Shown: piece by piece, positions 1 through 9,363 of the stretch | Layout of the letters: each line of letters starts with the position of its first letter | How positions within the stretch are numbered: the stretch's first letter is position 1 | DNA from: an uncultured Amylibacter sp. | GTDB taxonomy: Bacteria; Pseudomonadota; Alphaproteobacteria; Rhodobacterales; Rhodobacteraceae | Assembly (NCBI GenBank): GCA_963662815.2 | Contig: CAXXWA010000036.1 | Location: 16,701-80,700 of the forward strand | Direction: 5' to 3' | Length of the DNA: 64,000 bases | Position numbers and translations under genes: made by a program | The notes under the pieces: model-generated | Databases searched by the model: none | What the model was told of the DNA's origin: nothing | What the model saw: the letters and a program-made list of their open reading frames with translations, nothing else

Positions 1-409
1 CGTATCCCATGCGCAGGATTTCGGTCTCGACGATCGTCCTGCATGTCTCCTGCGCGCCGAAGTCGTCCCTCGGAAGGAATATCTGGCCAACGGCGATGCG
101 TTCCCCGTCCCGCGGTTCGTGGCCCGTTCGGCGGACCTGGTCCTGAAAGAAGAGCTTTGGCAGCTGAACATGGATGCCCGCGCCGTCGCCGGTCTTGCCG
201 TCGGCATCGACGGCGCCCCTGTGCCAGACCGCCTTGAGCGCCCGGATGCCGTACTCGACAACCCTGCGCGAAGGTTCTCCGTCGACGCTCACCACGAAGC
301 CGACCCCGCACGACGCGTGCTCGTCAGCCGGCGTGTACATTCCCTCCGCCGCGAGGCGCCTGTGCGCCGCCTCGCGGCGCTGCGGCCAACCGGATTTCGG
401 CCTGTCCAT
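1..409 (-). CDS. gltB: glutamate synthase large subunit, N-terminal part (gene continues past the window start)
   Basis: Not in the ORF track because it runs off the edge. Reverse-strand translation from ATG 409-407 reads MDRPKSGWPQRREAAHRRLAAEGMYTPADEHASCGVGFVVSVDGEPSRRVVEYGIRALKAVWHRGAVDADGKTGDGAGIHVQLP... This is the Ntn-amidotransferase N-terminus with the catalytic Cys in CGVGF. A GGAGGAAG RBS lies just upstream (rc of 412-419). The start is 28 nt after the gltD stop, giving the gltD-gltB order known from Azospirillum. Confidence 0.85.
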   Translation of the reverse strand, partial: MDRPKSGWPQRREAAHRRLAAEGMYTPADEHASCGVGFVVSVDGEPSRRVVEYGIRALKAVWHRGAVDADGKTGDGAGIHVQLPKLFFQDQVRRTGHEPRDGERIAVGQIFLPRDDFGAQETCRTIVETEILRMGY

Positions 410-437
410 TTCTTCCTCCGTCAAAGCTCCCCGCCGG

Positions 438-1928
438 TCAAGCCGCCGCATCCAGACTGCGTGCGTCCAGATAGGCCAGGATCGCGTCGGCCGCTTCGCG
501 TCCGTCGCGTATCGCCCAGACCACGAGCGATGCGCCGCGGACAATGTCGCCGGCTGCGAACACGCCGTCCAGGCTGGTGGCGTGGGTGCGGAAATCTGTG
601 CGGACCGTGCCCCAGTTTGTGACCCGAAGATCCGGCGCGCTCCAGAGTCCTGGCAAGTCCTCCGGCTCGAATCCGAGCGCCTTGATGACGAGCTCGGCGC
701 CGGTCAGCGTTTCGGCGCCGGAGATTTCCTCCGGGCTCTGCCGGCCGGTAGCGTCCGGCGCGCCCAGTTGCATGCGGGCCACCTTGACCCCGTCGACCGC
801 CCCGTCGCCGGTGAAGCCCTTCGGGATGGAAAGCCATACGAACTCGACGCCCTCCTCTTCCGCATGGGCCGTCTCGCGCCGCGACCCCGGCATGTTGGCG
901 CGGTCGCGCCGGTACAGGCAGCGGACGGTCCGGGCTCCCTGACGCACGGCCGTGCGCACGCAATCCATCGCCGTATCGCCGCCGCCGATCACCACCACGT
1001 TCTTTCCGGCTGCGTAAAGTTCCCCGGTCTCGATTTCCCGCACTAGGTCGCCGAAGATCTGCCTGTTGGATGCGGTCAGATAGTCGATCGCCCTGACAAT
1101 TCCGGCGTTTCCGGACCCCGGCCCGCCGATTTCCCGCGACTTGTAGACACCCGTTCCGATCAGCACTGCATCATGGATGTCCCGGATTTCGGCGAATCCG
1201 ATGTCGGTCCCGACATTGCAGTTCAGCCGGAAACCGACGCCGCCCTCTTCCAGTTGCCGGACCCGGCGCATGACGACATCCTTTTCCAGCTTGAAGCCCG
1301 GTATCCCGTACGTAAGGAGGCCGCCGGCGCGGTCATGCCGGTCGTAGACGGTGACCTGGAGGCCATGCCGGCGCAACACCTCCGCAGCCGCCAGCCCTGC
1401 CGGACCCGCGCCGATCACGCCGACGCTTTCGCGACGCTCGGCCGCCGCCTCGATCGGCCGCACCCATCCCCGCTCCCACGCCGTGTCCGTCAGGTACTTT
1501 TCGACTGATCCGATCGTCACCGTGCCGTGACCAGCGAGTTCTATGACGCAGTTTCCCTCGCAAAGCCGGTCCTGCGGACAGATCCGACCGCAGATCTCGG
1601 GGAACGTGTTGGTTGCCTGGCTGAGTTCGTAGGCTTCCTGGAGACGGCCCTCCGCCGTAAGGCGCAGCCAGTCCGGTATGTTGTTGTGCAGCGGACAGTG
1701 AGCCTGGCAATACGGCACTCCGCATTGCGAGCACCGCGAGGCCTGTTCCGCCGCCGAAGCGTCGCCGTAGCTGGCGTAGATCTCCCGGTGATCCCCGAGG
1801 CGAACGTCGGGCGCGCGCTTGCCGGGCATGTCCCTCCCGAGCGTCACGAATTTAAGCATGCTTTCGGGCGCCATTTCCTGCCTCCGAATCCAGTTCTCCA
1901 CCCGCCCACGGTCCAGAGCGTCCATCAA
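438..1928 (-). CDS. gltD: glutamate synthase small (beta) subunit, NADPH-dependent
   Basis: 496-aa ORF. It has Cys clusters CSQCGVPYCQAHCP and CGRICPQDRLCEGNC, followed by two dinucleotide folds (VIGAGPAGLAAA, VVIGGGDTAMDC). This is the classic GltD architecture. Confidence 0.95.
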   Translation of the reverse strand: MMDALDRGRVENWIRRQEMAPESMLKFVTLGRDMPGKRAPDVRLGDHREIYASYGDASAAEQASRCSQCGVPYCQAHCPLHNNIPDWLRLTAEGRLQEAYELSQATNTFPEICGRICPQDRLCEGNCVIELAGHGTVTIGSVEKYLTDTAWERGWVRPIEAAAERRESVGVIGAGPAGLAAAEVLRRHGLQVTVYDRHDRAGGLLTYGIPGFKLEKDVVMRRVRQLEEGGVGFRLNCNVGTDIGFAEIRDIHDAVLIGTGVYKSREIGGPGSGNAGIVRAIDYLTASNRQIFGDLVREIETGELYAAGKNVVVIGGGDTAMDCVRTAVRQGARTVRCLYRRDRANMPGSRRETAHAEEEGVEFVWLSIPKGFTGDGAVDGVKVARMQLGAPDATGRQSPEEISGAETLTGAELVIKALGFEPEDLPGLWSAPDLRVTNWGTVRTDFRTHATSLDGVFAAGDIVRGASLVVWAIRDGREAADAILAYLDARSLDAAA

Positions 1929-2139
1929 TAATCTTCCGGGAGTGGAAATCCGGTTTCTAAAGCAATTTTTTGCGTCATAAAAGTAAGTAATACTGTCCTA
2001 TAGGGAAAAATCCTGCTTTCGGAGCAAGATCTCCGTTTGGCTGCGACCCGTTTCAAGACAATATTGCTTACCTATTAACCGCGTTTTCATCCGGAAGCCC
2101 GGAAACTATGGTGTTCTGAAAGAATCGGGAAGTCACGAG

Positions 2140-2943
2140 ATGGCGCTGTTCCAAATGGTCGTACTGGCCGTCATTCAGGGCCTGACGGAGTTTCTTCCCG
2201 TATCTTCTTCGGGTCATCTTGCGCTCCTGCCGCAGCTGACGAACTTCCCGGACCAGGGTCAGTTCATCGACGTCGCGGTCCACATCGGGACGCTCGGCGC
2301 CGTGTCCCTCTATTTCAGGTCCGACGTCCTGCGCGCCGGACGGGGTGTGGCGCACATCGCATCCGGCAGGCGCGGCACGGAGGAGGCGCGGCTTGCCCTT
2401 GCTCTCGCCGCCGCGACGGTTCCGGTCGTTGTCGCCGGTTTCCTGCTCTGGGCGACAGGCATTTCCGAGCACTTGCGGTCGATCCGGGTCATCGCCTGGA
2501 CGACCGTGGTCTTCGCGCTCTTGCTCTACTGGTTCGACAGGTCAGGTTCTTCGGCAAGATCCGCGGCGGACTGGAACCTGCGGCATGCATGGATTCTGGG
2601 GATGTGGCAGGTGCTGGCTCTCGTTCCGGGAACTTCGCGGTCGGGGATAACCATTACGGGCGCGCGGTCGCTTGGCTATGCCCGGACCGACAGCGCCCGG
2701 ATCGCCATGCTGATGTCGATACCTGCAATCGCGGCCTCGGGCACGCTTCTTGGAGCGGACGCGGTTCTGACTGCGGATGTTGGCATGTTGCGGGACGGCG
2801 CCGTCGCGGCGGCTCTCGCCTTCCTGGCGGCGCTTGCCGCCCTTTCGTTTATGATGCGGCTTCTCAGGCGATGCAGCTATTCGCCGTTCGTTGCATACCG
2901 GCTAGCTCTCGGCTGCGTCCTGCTCTGGATCGCCTACGCATGA
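2140..2943 (+). CDS. uppP: undecaprenyl-diphosphate phosphatase
   Basis: 267 aa, polytopic membrane protein. The N-terminal signature VIQGLTEFLPVSSSGHL and the later PGTSRSGITI motif are typical of BacA/UppP. Confidence 0.93.
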   Translation: MALFQMVVLAVIQGLTEFLPVSSSGHLALLPQLTNFPDQGQFIDVAVHIGTLGAVSLYFRSDVLRAGRGVAHIASGRRGTEEARLALALAAATVPVVVAGFLLWATGISEHLRSIRVIAWTTVVFALLLYWFDRSGSSARSAADWNLRHAWILGMWQVLALVPGTSRSGITITGARSLGYARTDSARIAMLMSIPAIAASGTLLGADAVLTADVGMLRDGAVAAALAFLAALAALSFMMRLLRRCSYSPFVAYRLALGCVLLWIAYA

Positions 2944-2963
2944 TCGGCGCAGGTCAAGTCCTC

Positions 2964-3971
2964 TCAGCGCCGCTCTCCCAGGTTCTTCGCAGATTCGGTC
3001 AGCGCGGAATACTGGCCGTACGGCCGGTAGCAGTAGAGGTATTCGTCGAGGACAGCGTGCATGGAGGTCGCGTCGATTCCCAGGTCGGCAAGAGTCTTCG
3101 CTCCCTCGGAAACCACGTTGTCGCTGCGCAACATCATGACCTGGTCCTTAGTGAGAATCCTGTTCACGAAGAGGCCTCCTGAAAGAAACTGAGCGATGTC
3201 AAGCGCACGGGCCTTGAGCGCGACGACGGAGAACGGCGCATTGACAACGAGCCTGCGGCGGCGGACCGACTTCAGCATTCTCTGCATGAGTTCGCGAAAC
3301 GTCTCCGTGTCCGGTCCGCCGAGTTCGAATACGCCGCTGGCTGACGCGGCCGTTTCGCCGCGCCCGCAAACGAGAGCTTCGACTGCGGCAGCGACGTCGT
3401 CGACGTATACCGGCTGGATGCGCGTCCCTCCCCCGACAAGCGGTATCACCGGAGATATGCGTGCAAGTCGCGCGAAGCGGTTGAAGAACTGGTCCTCGGC
3501 GCCGAAAACCACCGACGGCCGCAGTATCGCGGCGTCGGGGAACGCCGCCAGCACGAGGCGCTCGCCTTCCGCCTTCGTCCGCGCGTATTCGCTCGGCGAT
3601 TCCGGGCTCGCGCCGAGCGCCGACACGTGAACGAAGGTTCCGACCCCGGCATCGCGCGAAATCCCGGCGATCCGGCCCGCGGCTTCGGCGTGAATTCCGG
3701 CAAAACGCTGCCGCCCCGCCTCTACAAGGATGCCGACGCAGTTCACTACCGCATCCGCTCCCTCGACGGCGCGGCGCGTCGACGCTTCGTCGCGAACATT
3801 GGCGAGCACAGGTTCGACCTGTCCGACCACGCCGTAGGTCCGGACGAAATGTGCCTCGTTCGGCCGCCTGCAGGCAACGCGGACGCGCCAGCCCCTCCGC
3901 GCAAGGCGCCTGGCCGCATATCGTCCGACGAATCCGGATCCGCCGAAAACAGTCGCAATACTCGAATTCAC
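2964..3971 (-). CDS. NAD(P)-binding SDR, complex I NDUFA9-subunit-like family protein
   Basis: The ORF track gives 2964..4181. The family-typical N-terminus ATVFGGSGFVGRY (Rossmann GxxGxxG) begins right after GTG 3971-3969, which has GGAGG about 10 nt upstream. The 70-aa upstream extension is Arg/Pro-rich junk. The C-terminal half (RPSVVFG, PVYVDDVA, LGGP) fits atypical SDRs of the NDUFA9/NmrA type. Confidence 0.75.
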   Translation of the reverse strand: MNSSIATVFGGSGFVGRYAARRLARRGWRVRVACRRPNEAHFVRTYGVVGQVEPVLANVRDEASTRRAVEGADAVVNCVGILVEAGRQRFAGIHAEAAGRIAGISRDAGVGTFVHVSALGASPESPSEYARTKAEGERLVLAAFPDAAILRPSVVFGAEDQFFNRFARLARISPVIPLVGGGTRIQPVYVDDVAAAVEALVCGRGETAASASGVFELGGPDTETFRELMQRMLKSVRRRRLVVNAPFSVVALKARALDIAQFLSGGLFVNRILTKDQVMMLRSDNVVSEGAKTLADLGIDATSMHAVLDEYLYCYRPYGQYSALTESAKNLGERR

Positions 3972-4782
3972 AGCCAGTGCAGCCTCCGGCTTATGCCACC
4001 GTTGCGGAATACAGCCCTCAAGTAATGCATACAAGGAGGCAGGGCGCCGAATCTCGGGCGATCGGAACCGCGCGGGATGTTCATGCGAATTTCGCCTGCG
4101 GGGCACCTTGGGCAAGTCAACTGCCTTGCTCGGCGACAGCGACCGGGGCCGCATGCTCGCGAGCAATGCGGAAGCGAGCACCGGGCATGTGGTCGTGACG
4201 GCGTGCCTGCAACCTTGGCCACGCTAGGAGAATAAATTGCAAGCCGCTTCCGGGGAAGCATTCGATGGCAAGATCAAGCCGCATCCTGCCCCCTTGCATT
4301 CCAACGGATGCGTTTGTTCGGTTACGCCGCGGCGCAAGCCCCAATTTCCGAAAGAAGCCGTGCGCGAAGTCAGCGAATGCTGCAACTACCAGCTGTGCCG
4401 GCCAAGGCCGAGAAAATGGCGGGGAACTGTCCTGACCAGCGACACGCGGCGCGCACGCTGAACTTGACTGAGCGTTGCCTCAAGTGCTACTTGAAGCAAA
4501 TTTTCGGAAATTCGGTGAAAGTTCGGGCCGAATGCGCGGTGCAAGTGCAGACCACATCGGAGGGGTCCGCATACTATTCGCGTTTTGGGGCGGAGCCATT
4601 AAACCATGGACAGTCAATTTCGCGTGTTCCTCGGGAAGTCTCCGGCCGGTTCGCTCGAATGACTTCCGCTGCGGCCAGTCTTTCATTGGGACGGAGGCCT
4701 GCGCCCTCGAGGAACCGGAACATCCGGACCACACATCTTCGAAACCGCGGGCCATTGAACGAGCCGCTGCCTGAGTGCCGCC

Positions 4783-5811
4783 ATGAGTGACACGGCACAG
4801 ACGACCCTGCGAGACGTCGCATCCGAAGCCGGCGTAGCCGAGTCGACGGCGTCGAGGGCACTTGCAGGCCATCCCGGAATTGCCGAGGGCACGCGCGCGC
4901 GCATTCTCGCGGCTGCCGAACAAATCGGTTACAAGCGGTCAAACAGGTCCACGAACGAGATATCCGGCCGGCGCGGTCTCGTCGGCGTGGTCGTCGAGGC
5001 GCTTCACAATTCCTTTTTTTCCTACATCGTCGATCGAATTCATGCGGAACTGGACATTCTCGGCTACGACGCGATGCTCATCGTCGACGAATCCGTCAAT
5101 CCGGGAAGCCGGCGAAAGATTCATTCCCTGATCGATACGGCGTTCGACGGCGTGATTGTCACAACCGCCTCCATCGGGTCTCCGGCGGTCGACTTTCTGG
5201 TTGAGCGGCGAATTCCCACCGTTCTTGCCGTTCGGTCGAACAAACAGGGCAATGTCGACGTGATCGAAAGCGACAACCGGATGGCCGGAATCGAGGCCGC
5301 TTGTCACCTTCTCGAACTGGGCCATCGCAAGATCGCCTTCATCCTGGGACCGCAGGAGACGTCGACCAGCATGGACCGTTATGAAGGATGCCTCTCGAAG
5401 CTGGCGGCGGTTTCGCTTCTTCCTCCCGAAAACCACGTTATCTGGGGCGGTTATTCGCACGAATCAGGTTATTCAGGCCTTGTGCGCCTGATGACCGCCG
5501 ACAACCCGCCAACCGCGGTTTTCTGCGCAAACGACGTGATTGCCATTGGGGCGCTGGATGCCTGCCGAAAGCTGGGCGTCGGCGTGCCGGGAGATCTTTC
5601 GATCATCGGCGTTGACGACATGCCCATGGCCAGCTGGTCAATGATCGGGCTTACCACGATTCGACAGCCAATCTGGGAGATTGGCACCCGCGCCGCGCGA
5701 CGGGTCGTTGAGCGCATCAAGTTCGGCAGAAGCGAGGGAGCCCAGCACGACATCCTGCCGACAAGCTTCATTCGAAGAAACACTACGGCGCCTCCCCGGG
5801 AAACCGGCTGA
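4783..5811 (+). CDS. LacI-family transcriptional regulator
   Basis: 342 aa. It has an N-terminal HTH (TLRDVASEAGVAESTASRALAG) and a periplasmic-binding-protein-like sugar-binding core (VFCANDVIAIGAL, SIIGVDD). Confidence 0.9.
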   Translation: MSDTAQTTLRDVASEAGVAESTASRALAGHPGIAEGTRARILAAAEQIGYKRSNRSTNEISGRRGLVGVVVEALHNSFFSYIVDRIHAELDILGYDAMLIVDESVNPGSRRKIHSLIDTAFDGVIVTTASIGSPAVDFLVERRIPTVLAVRSNKQGNVDVIESDNRMAGIEAACHLLELGHRKIAFILGPQETSTSMDRYEGCLSKLAAVSLLPPENHVIWGGYSHESGYSGLVRLMTADNPPTAVFCANDVIAIGALDACRKLGVGVPGDLSIIGVDDMPMASWSMIGLTTIRQPIWEIGTRAARRVVERIKFGRSEGAQHDILPTSFIRRNTTAPPRETG

Positions 5812-6221
5812 CCAGAGCCTTTCCCGTTCGCCCGACCAGCTGGGCGCAACTCTCCATTCATATGCGTCTCATATGCGTCGCGGGGGAGGCTGCTCGGCCC
5901 CGCATCCTCCGCAGCGCAGTGCGGCAGGCCGCTCCCGGGCCGGCATGAAGCAGGGCGGATCGGGGTTGGCGGATCGCACCCGGCGGCCGGAACATCCTCA
6001 ATGATGACGGCGTCGACGACGAACCGGCCCGTGTTGGTTTGCTGAGCCGTTTCTCGGATACCCGGGAGCAGGAAATCCCATCCCGCCAATGCCTGACGGA
6101 ATCCCGCATTTGCCCGGATACGCCGACGGCCTTCAGATCATTTTAGGTCCGGCGCCGGGTGCTTGGGCGAATTCATTTTGAGCCGCAGGCACGGTGGAAG
6201 TCGCGTTTGTCGAAATCTTGC

Positions 6222-6250
6222 TTGACATTTTTGCAATAACGCCATTTACT
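6222..6250 (+). promoter_or_regulatory. putative sigma70-type promoter with overlapping TTGCAAT operator-like repeats for the ThDP-enzyme/ABC operon
   Basis: TTGACA (6222-6227), a 17-nt spacer, then TTTACT (6245-6250), about 48 nt upstream of ATG 6298. The motifs TTGCAAT/TTGCAAA/TTGCTGCAAT recur at 6231-6270, including the small palindrome ATTGCtGCAAT. Confidence 0.3.
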
Positions 6251-6297
6251 TTTTGCAAATTGCTGCAATATTGAGGCAATAACTTTCGGAGGAGCTC

Positions 6298-8112
6298 ATG
6301 GCACAAACTGTTGGCCAAGTCGTTGCGAAATCGCTGAAGCAATACGGCGTCCCCTACGTCGTCGGGCTGCCGGGACACGGCAACTGGAGTCTCCTGGACG
6401 CCCTAAACGACGAAGCCTCGTCGCTTCCGTTCATCCAGGTCATGCACGAACAGAGCGCGGCCCACATTGCCGATGCCCATTATCGGGCGACCGGACAGCC
6501 GGTCTGCGCATGCACTTCGATCGGGCCAGGAGCGACAAACACGGTCATAGGAATGGCGACTGCATCCTGCGATTCCACAGCATTTCTGCTCGTCACGGGT
6601 TCGGCGGCAACTCACATGCGCGGACACGGCGTCATGCAGGAGCTCGACCGCTACCACGCTCCCGACTTTCCGCATGTTGCGAAGGCGGTCACGAAACGGA
6701 ACTTTGATGTCATCACGGCCGACATGGCGTCATTCGTGATGCACCGCGCCTTCAACGCCATGCTGACCGGACGGCCCGGACCTGTTAATGTCGACATTCC
6801 GCTCGACGTTCAGGTCCAGAAAACCGAAGTCGACGTCAGAAGTCTCGACAACCGCATGCCCGTTGGCCGGGTGCGCGCCGACAGCCGAGCGATCGAGACG
6901 GCTGTACGGCTTCTTCTGGATGCCGAGCGACCCTGCATCGTTGTCGGAGGAGGCGCAATCACCGCCAATGCGTCGCGCGAACTCACCTCGCTCGCCGAGA
7001 CGCTGGCAATACCCGTCGTATTCACCTGGAACGGAAAAGGCGCCATTGCCGAAGACAACAGAATGTGCGCGGGCACTGTGGGCTGGCCGGGATCCCTGCC
7101 AGGCAACAGCGCGGCCTCGACCGCAGATGTTGTCATGTCCGTCGGCTGCCGGTTCACCGACTGGTCGGCGTCATCGTACCGGAAGGGCTCGGCTTTCTCG
7201 ATTCCCCCCGCCAGGCTGATTCACGTCGACATCGATCCGCATGAGATCGGCAAGAACTACGAGACGGAGTGCGGAATCGTTGGGGACATCAAGCTCGTCC
7301 TCGAGGACATCCTCGCCGGAATCTCTCCGGACCAGGCTCGCATAGCCCGGGAAAGGCGGACGGGCCATCTCGACGAGATCGATCGGCTCAAGGCGCATTG
7401 GGAGACGACGCTGGAGAACCGCCGCAGCCACGACTCGATTCCCACGACCATGCTCCGCACGCTTCGTGCGCTTCGCAGCGTGCTCCCGCGCGACGGCATC
7501 GTCACGGTCGGGTCCGGTCATCCGCAATCCTCGACCAAGCAGGCCTTTCCCGTCTTCGAACCCCGTACGCACATCACGTCGGGCAGCTTCTCGTCCATGG
7601 GCTTCGCAGTTCCTGCAGCGATCGGGGCCAAGCTGGCGAAGCCGGACGCGCCTGTCGTCTGCATTATCGGAGACGGCGACATGATGATGTCGGTACAGGA
7701 ACTGGCACTCTGCGTGATGTACAACCTTCCGGTTGTCTTCCTGGTACTTAACAACTCCGGATACATTTCAATCCGCGACGGTCAGGACGGCCTGATCGGC
7801 CGGAGCATCGGCTCGGAATTCAACTACCACGCGGGAAACCGCAATGCCTATTCCGTCGACTTTCCCTCCTTGGCACGGTCGTTCGGATTCGAGGTTGCCA
7901 CCCGCGTGAACGACGTCTCGGACCTGGAAGCATCCATCCGGCGCGCGCTGGACTCCGGCGCGCCGGCGCTGGTGGAAGTGCCGATTACGCGGGACGTTTC
8001 CATCGCCGCAGCCGAGGTCGTCGGCTGGTGGGACTTCCCTTTGCTTCCCCATGCGCCCGAGCCGGCCTTGTCCGACTACGCCGCCGGCGTCGCCGCCGAA
8101 CAGCACTTCTGA
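6298..8112 (+). CDS. thiamine-diphosphate-dependent enzyme (acetolactate synthase / IolD / Xsc superfamily; substrate unknown)
   Basis: 604 aa with the three-domain ThDP-enzyme layout. It has the N-terminal Pyr domain (GLPGHGNWSLLDAL...HEQSAAHIADAHYRATG...SIGPGATN) and the C-terminal ThDP motif IGDGDMMMSVQELALCVMYNLPVVFLVLNNSGY. GGAGG RBS upstream. Confidence 0.8.
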   Translation: MAQTVGQVVAKSLKQYGVPYVVGLPGHGNWSLLDALNDEASSLPFIQVMHEQSAAHIADAHYRATGQPVCACTSIGPGATNTVIGMATASCDSTAFLLVTGSAATHMRGHGVMQELDRYHAPDFPHVAKAVTKRNFDVITADMASFVMHRAFNAMLTGRPGPVNVDIPLDVQVQKTEVDVRSLDNRMPVGRVRADSRAIETAVRLLLDAERPCIVVGGGAITANASRELTSLAETLAIPVVFTWNGKGAIAEDNRMCAGTVGWPGSLPGNSAASTADVVMSVGCRFTDWSASSYRKGSAFSIPPARLIHVDIDPHEIGKNYETECGIVGDIKLVLEDILAGISPDQARIARERRTGHLDEIDRLKAHWETTLENRRSHDSIPTTMLRTLRALRSVLPRDGIVTVGSGHPQSSTKQAFPVFEPRTHITSGSFSSMGFAVPAAIGAKLAKPDAPVVCIIGDGDMMMSVQELALCVMYNLPVVFLVLNNSGYISIRDGQDGLIGRSIGSEFNYHAGNRNAYSVDFPSLARSFGFEVATRVNDVSDLEASIRRALDSGAPALVEVPITRDVSIAAAEVVGWWDFPLLPHAPEPALSDYAAGVAAEQHF

Positions 8113-8176
8113 CGGCCCGGCCCGGCCCGGCACCTCATCGAGCAGGAACCACCCATCTGATTAAGGAGACTACACA

Positions 8177-9331
8177 ATGACGAACCATGTATCGCGTCCA
8201 AGGGGGCTCGCACTCGGCTTGATTGCGTCCGCACTGCTCTGCAGTCCAGCGTTCGCTGCCAGCCCCGAAGGCTACACTGGCCAGGACAGGATCTTTATCT
8301 GGAACCCCGGATTCAATGATGTCGTGGACACAACGGACTACAAGAAGGAGGCCCCTTTCGTCATCGGATTCTCGAACGCCGGCGTCGCTGACGGTTGGCT
8401 GGTTACGTTCAAGCACGGTGTTGAATGGGCCGCGTCCCAGAACAGCGAAAGGATCGAGAAGTTCATCATCACAGATGCCAACTGGGATCCCGACAAGCAA
8501 ATCCGCGACATCCAGGATCTGCTCAATCAGGACATCGACCTTCTGTTGGTCAATCCGGTTACGCTTGAGGCGCTGGACCCCGTGCTTCGCAGGACGATGC
8601 GATCGGGCATTCCCGTGGTCAGCGTCGTGCGCCGGGTCAAGAGCGACGACGCATTCGTTTCGTTCGTTACGGCTTCCGATACGGCGCTTGCCCGACTCAG
8701 CGCGCAATGGCTGGTGGAGACGCTCGGCGGTTCGGGAAAGATCATCGTCCTTCCGGGACAGGCCGGAGCCAGCCCTGCAGAGTTTCGGCTCCGCGCAGCT
8801 CGAGAGGTGTTCGATCAGTATCCGGGAATCGAGATTCTCAGCGTGCAGTACACTGATTGGAGTCCGGCCAAGGGCAAGGAAATCATGGCCGCGCTCATCC
8901 AGGCCCATGGCGACGACATCAGCGGTGTCTGGGCTGACTCGGGTCTCCAGGGCTCCGGTTCCGTGGAGGCGTTTCTGAACGCCGGAGTCGCGTCCGCCGA
9001 CATTCCGCCGCATACCGGTGGCGACCTGAACTACATGTATCAGCTTGCGCACGAGCACGGCTTCCCCTTCATCGGAATCGACTACACGGCTGCCATCGGA
9101 ATTGACGGCGTCCGAATCGCCTTAGACGTCCTGGACGGGAAACGTGTGCCGGCGCGCTATGATCGCAACTTTCAGATCGTGATTCCGGAAGGTCACGAGA
9201 CGACGTCCATCAAGGCCGATGTCTGGCTTCGGGACTATGTTCGGCTCGACAAGCCCGGAGAGCTGATCATGGGTCATGGTCTTGGCGAGGACTACGACCC
9301 GCAGACCTTTGCCGCCGAATATCCTCGCTAA
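8177..9331 (+). CDS. sugar ABC transporter periplasmic substrate-binding protein (ribose/xylose-type, cluster B)
   Basis: 384 aa. It has a signal peptide (LALGLIASALLCSPAFAA), a type-I PBP fold and an AAGGAG RBS at 8163-8168. It is followed by the cognate ATPase and two permeases. Confidence 0.85.
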   Translation: MTNHVSRPRGLALGLIASALLCSPAFAASPEGYTGQDRIFIWNPGFNDVVDTTDYKKEAPFVIGFSNAGVADGWLVTFKHGVEWAASQNSERIEKFIITDANWDPDKQIRDIQDLLNQDIDLLLVNPVTLEALDPVLRRTMRSGIPVVSVVRRVKSDDAFVSFVTASDTALARLSAQWLVETLGGSGKIIVLPGQAGASPAEFRLRAAREVFDQYPGIEILSVQYTDWSPAKGKEIMAALIQAHGDDISGVWADSGLQGSGSVEAFLNAGVASADIPPHTGGDLNYMYQLAHEHGFPFIGIDYTAAIGIDGVRIALDVLDGKRVPARYDRNFQIVIPEGHETTSIKADVWLRDYVRLDKPGELIMGHGLGEDYDPQTFAAEYPR

Positions 9332-9363
9332 AGATATTCCTCCCGACTTGGCATCCTCGATGC

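Noticed and set aside
2944-2975. Hairpin GGCGC-N16-GCGCC between convergent uppP and the NDUFA9-like gene
   Set aside because: The stem is short, the loop is very long and there is no U-tract, and it overlaps the stop codon of the minus-strand gene. This is not convincing as a terminator.
3972-4181. 70-codon N-terminal extension of the NDUFA9-like ORF
   Set aside because: The extension is Arg/Pro/Ser-rich. The Rossmann motif begins immediately after an internal GTG with a GGAGG RBS, and the resulting size (about 335 aa) fits the family.
4200-4780. I looked for an RNA gene (RNase P RNA, SRP/4.5S, 6S, tmRNA) because of strings like GAAAGTTCGGGCC and the long ORF-free gap
   Set aside because: The strings match the conserved cores (GAGGAAAGTCCGGGC..., SRP domain IV) only partially. 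I could not build the required helices by eye, so a covariance-model scan is needed.
5858-5879. Perfect tandem duplication TCATATGCGTC x2 downstream of the first lacI gene
   Set aside because: There are only two copies of 11 bp and no further array or symmetry. It is most likely a trivial slippage duplication.
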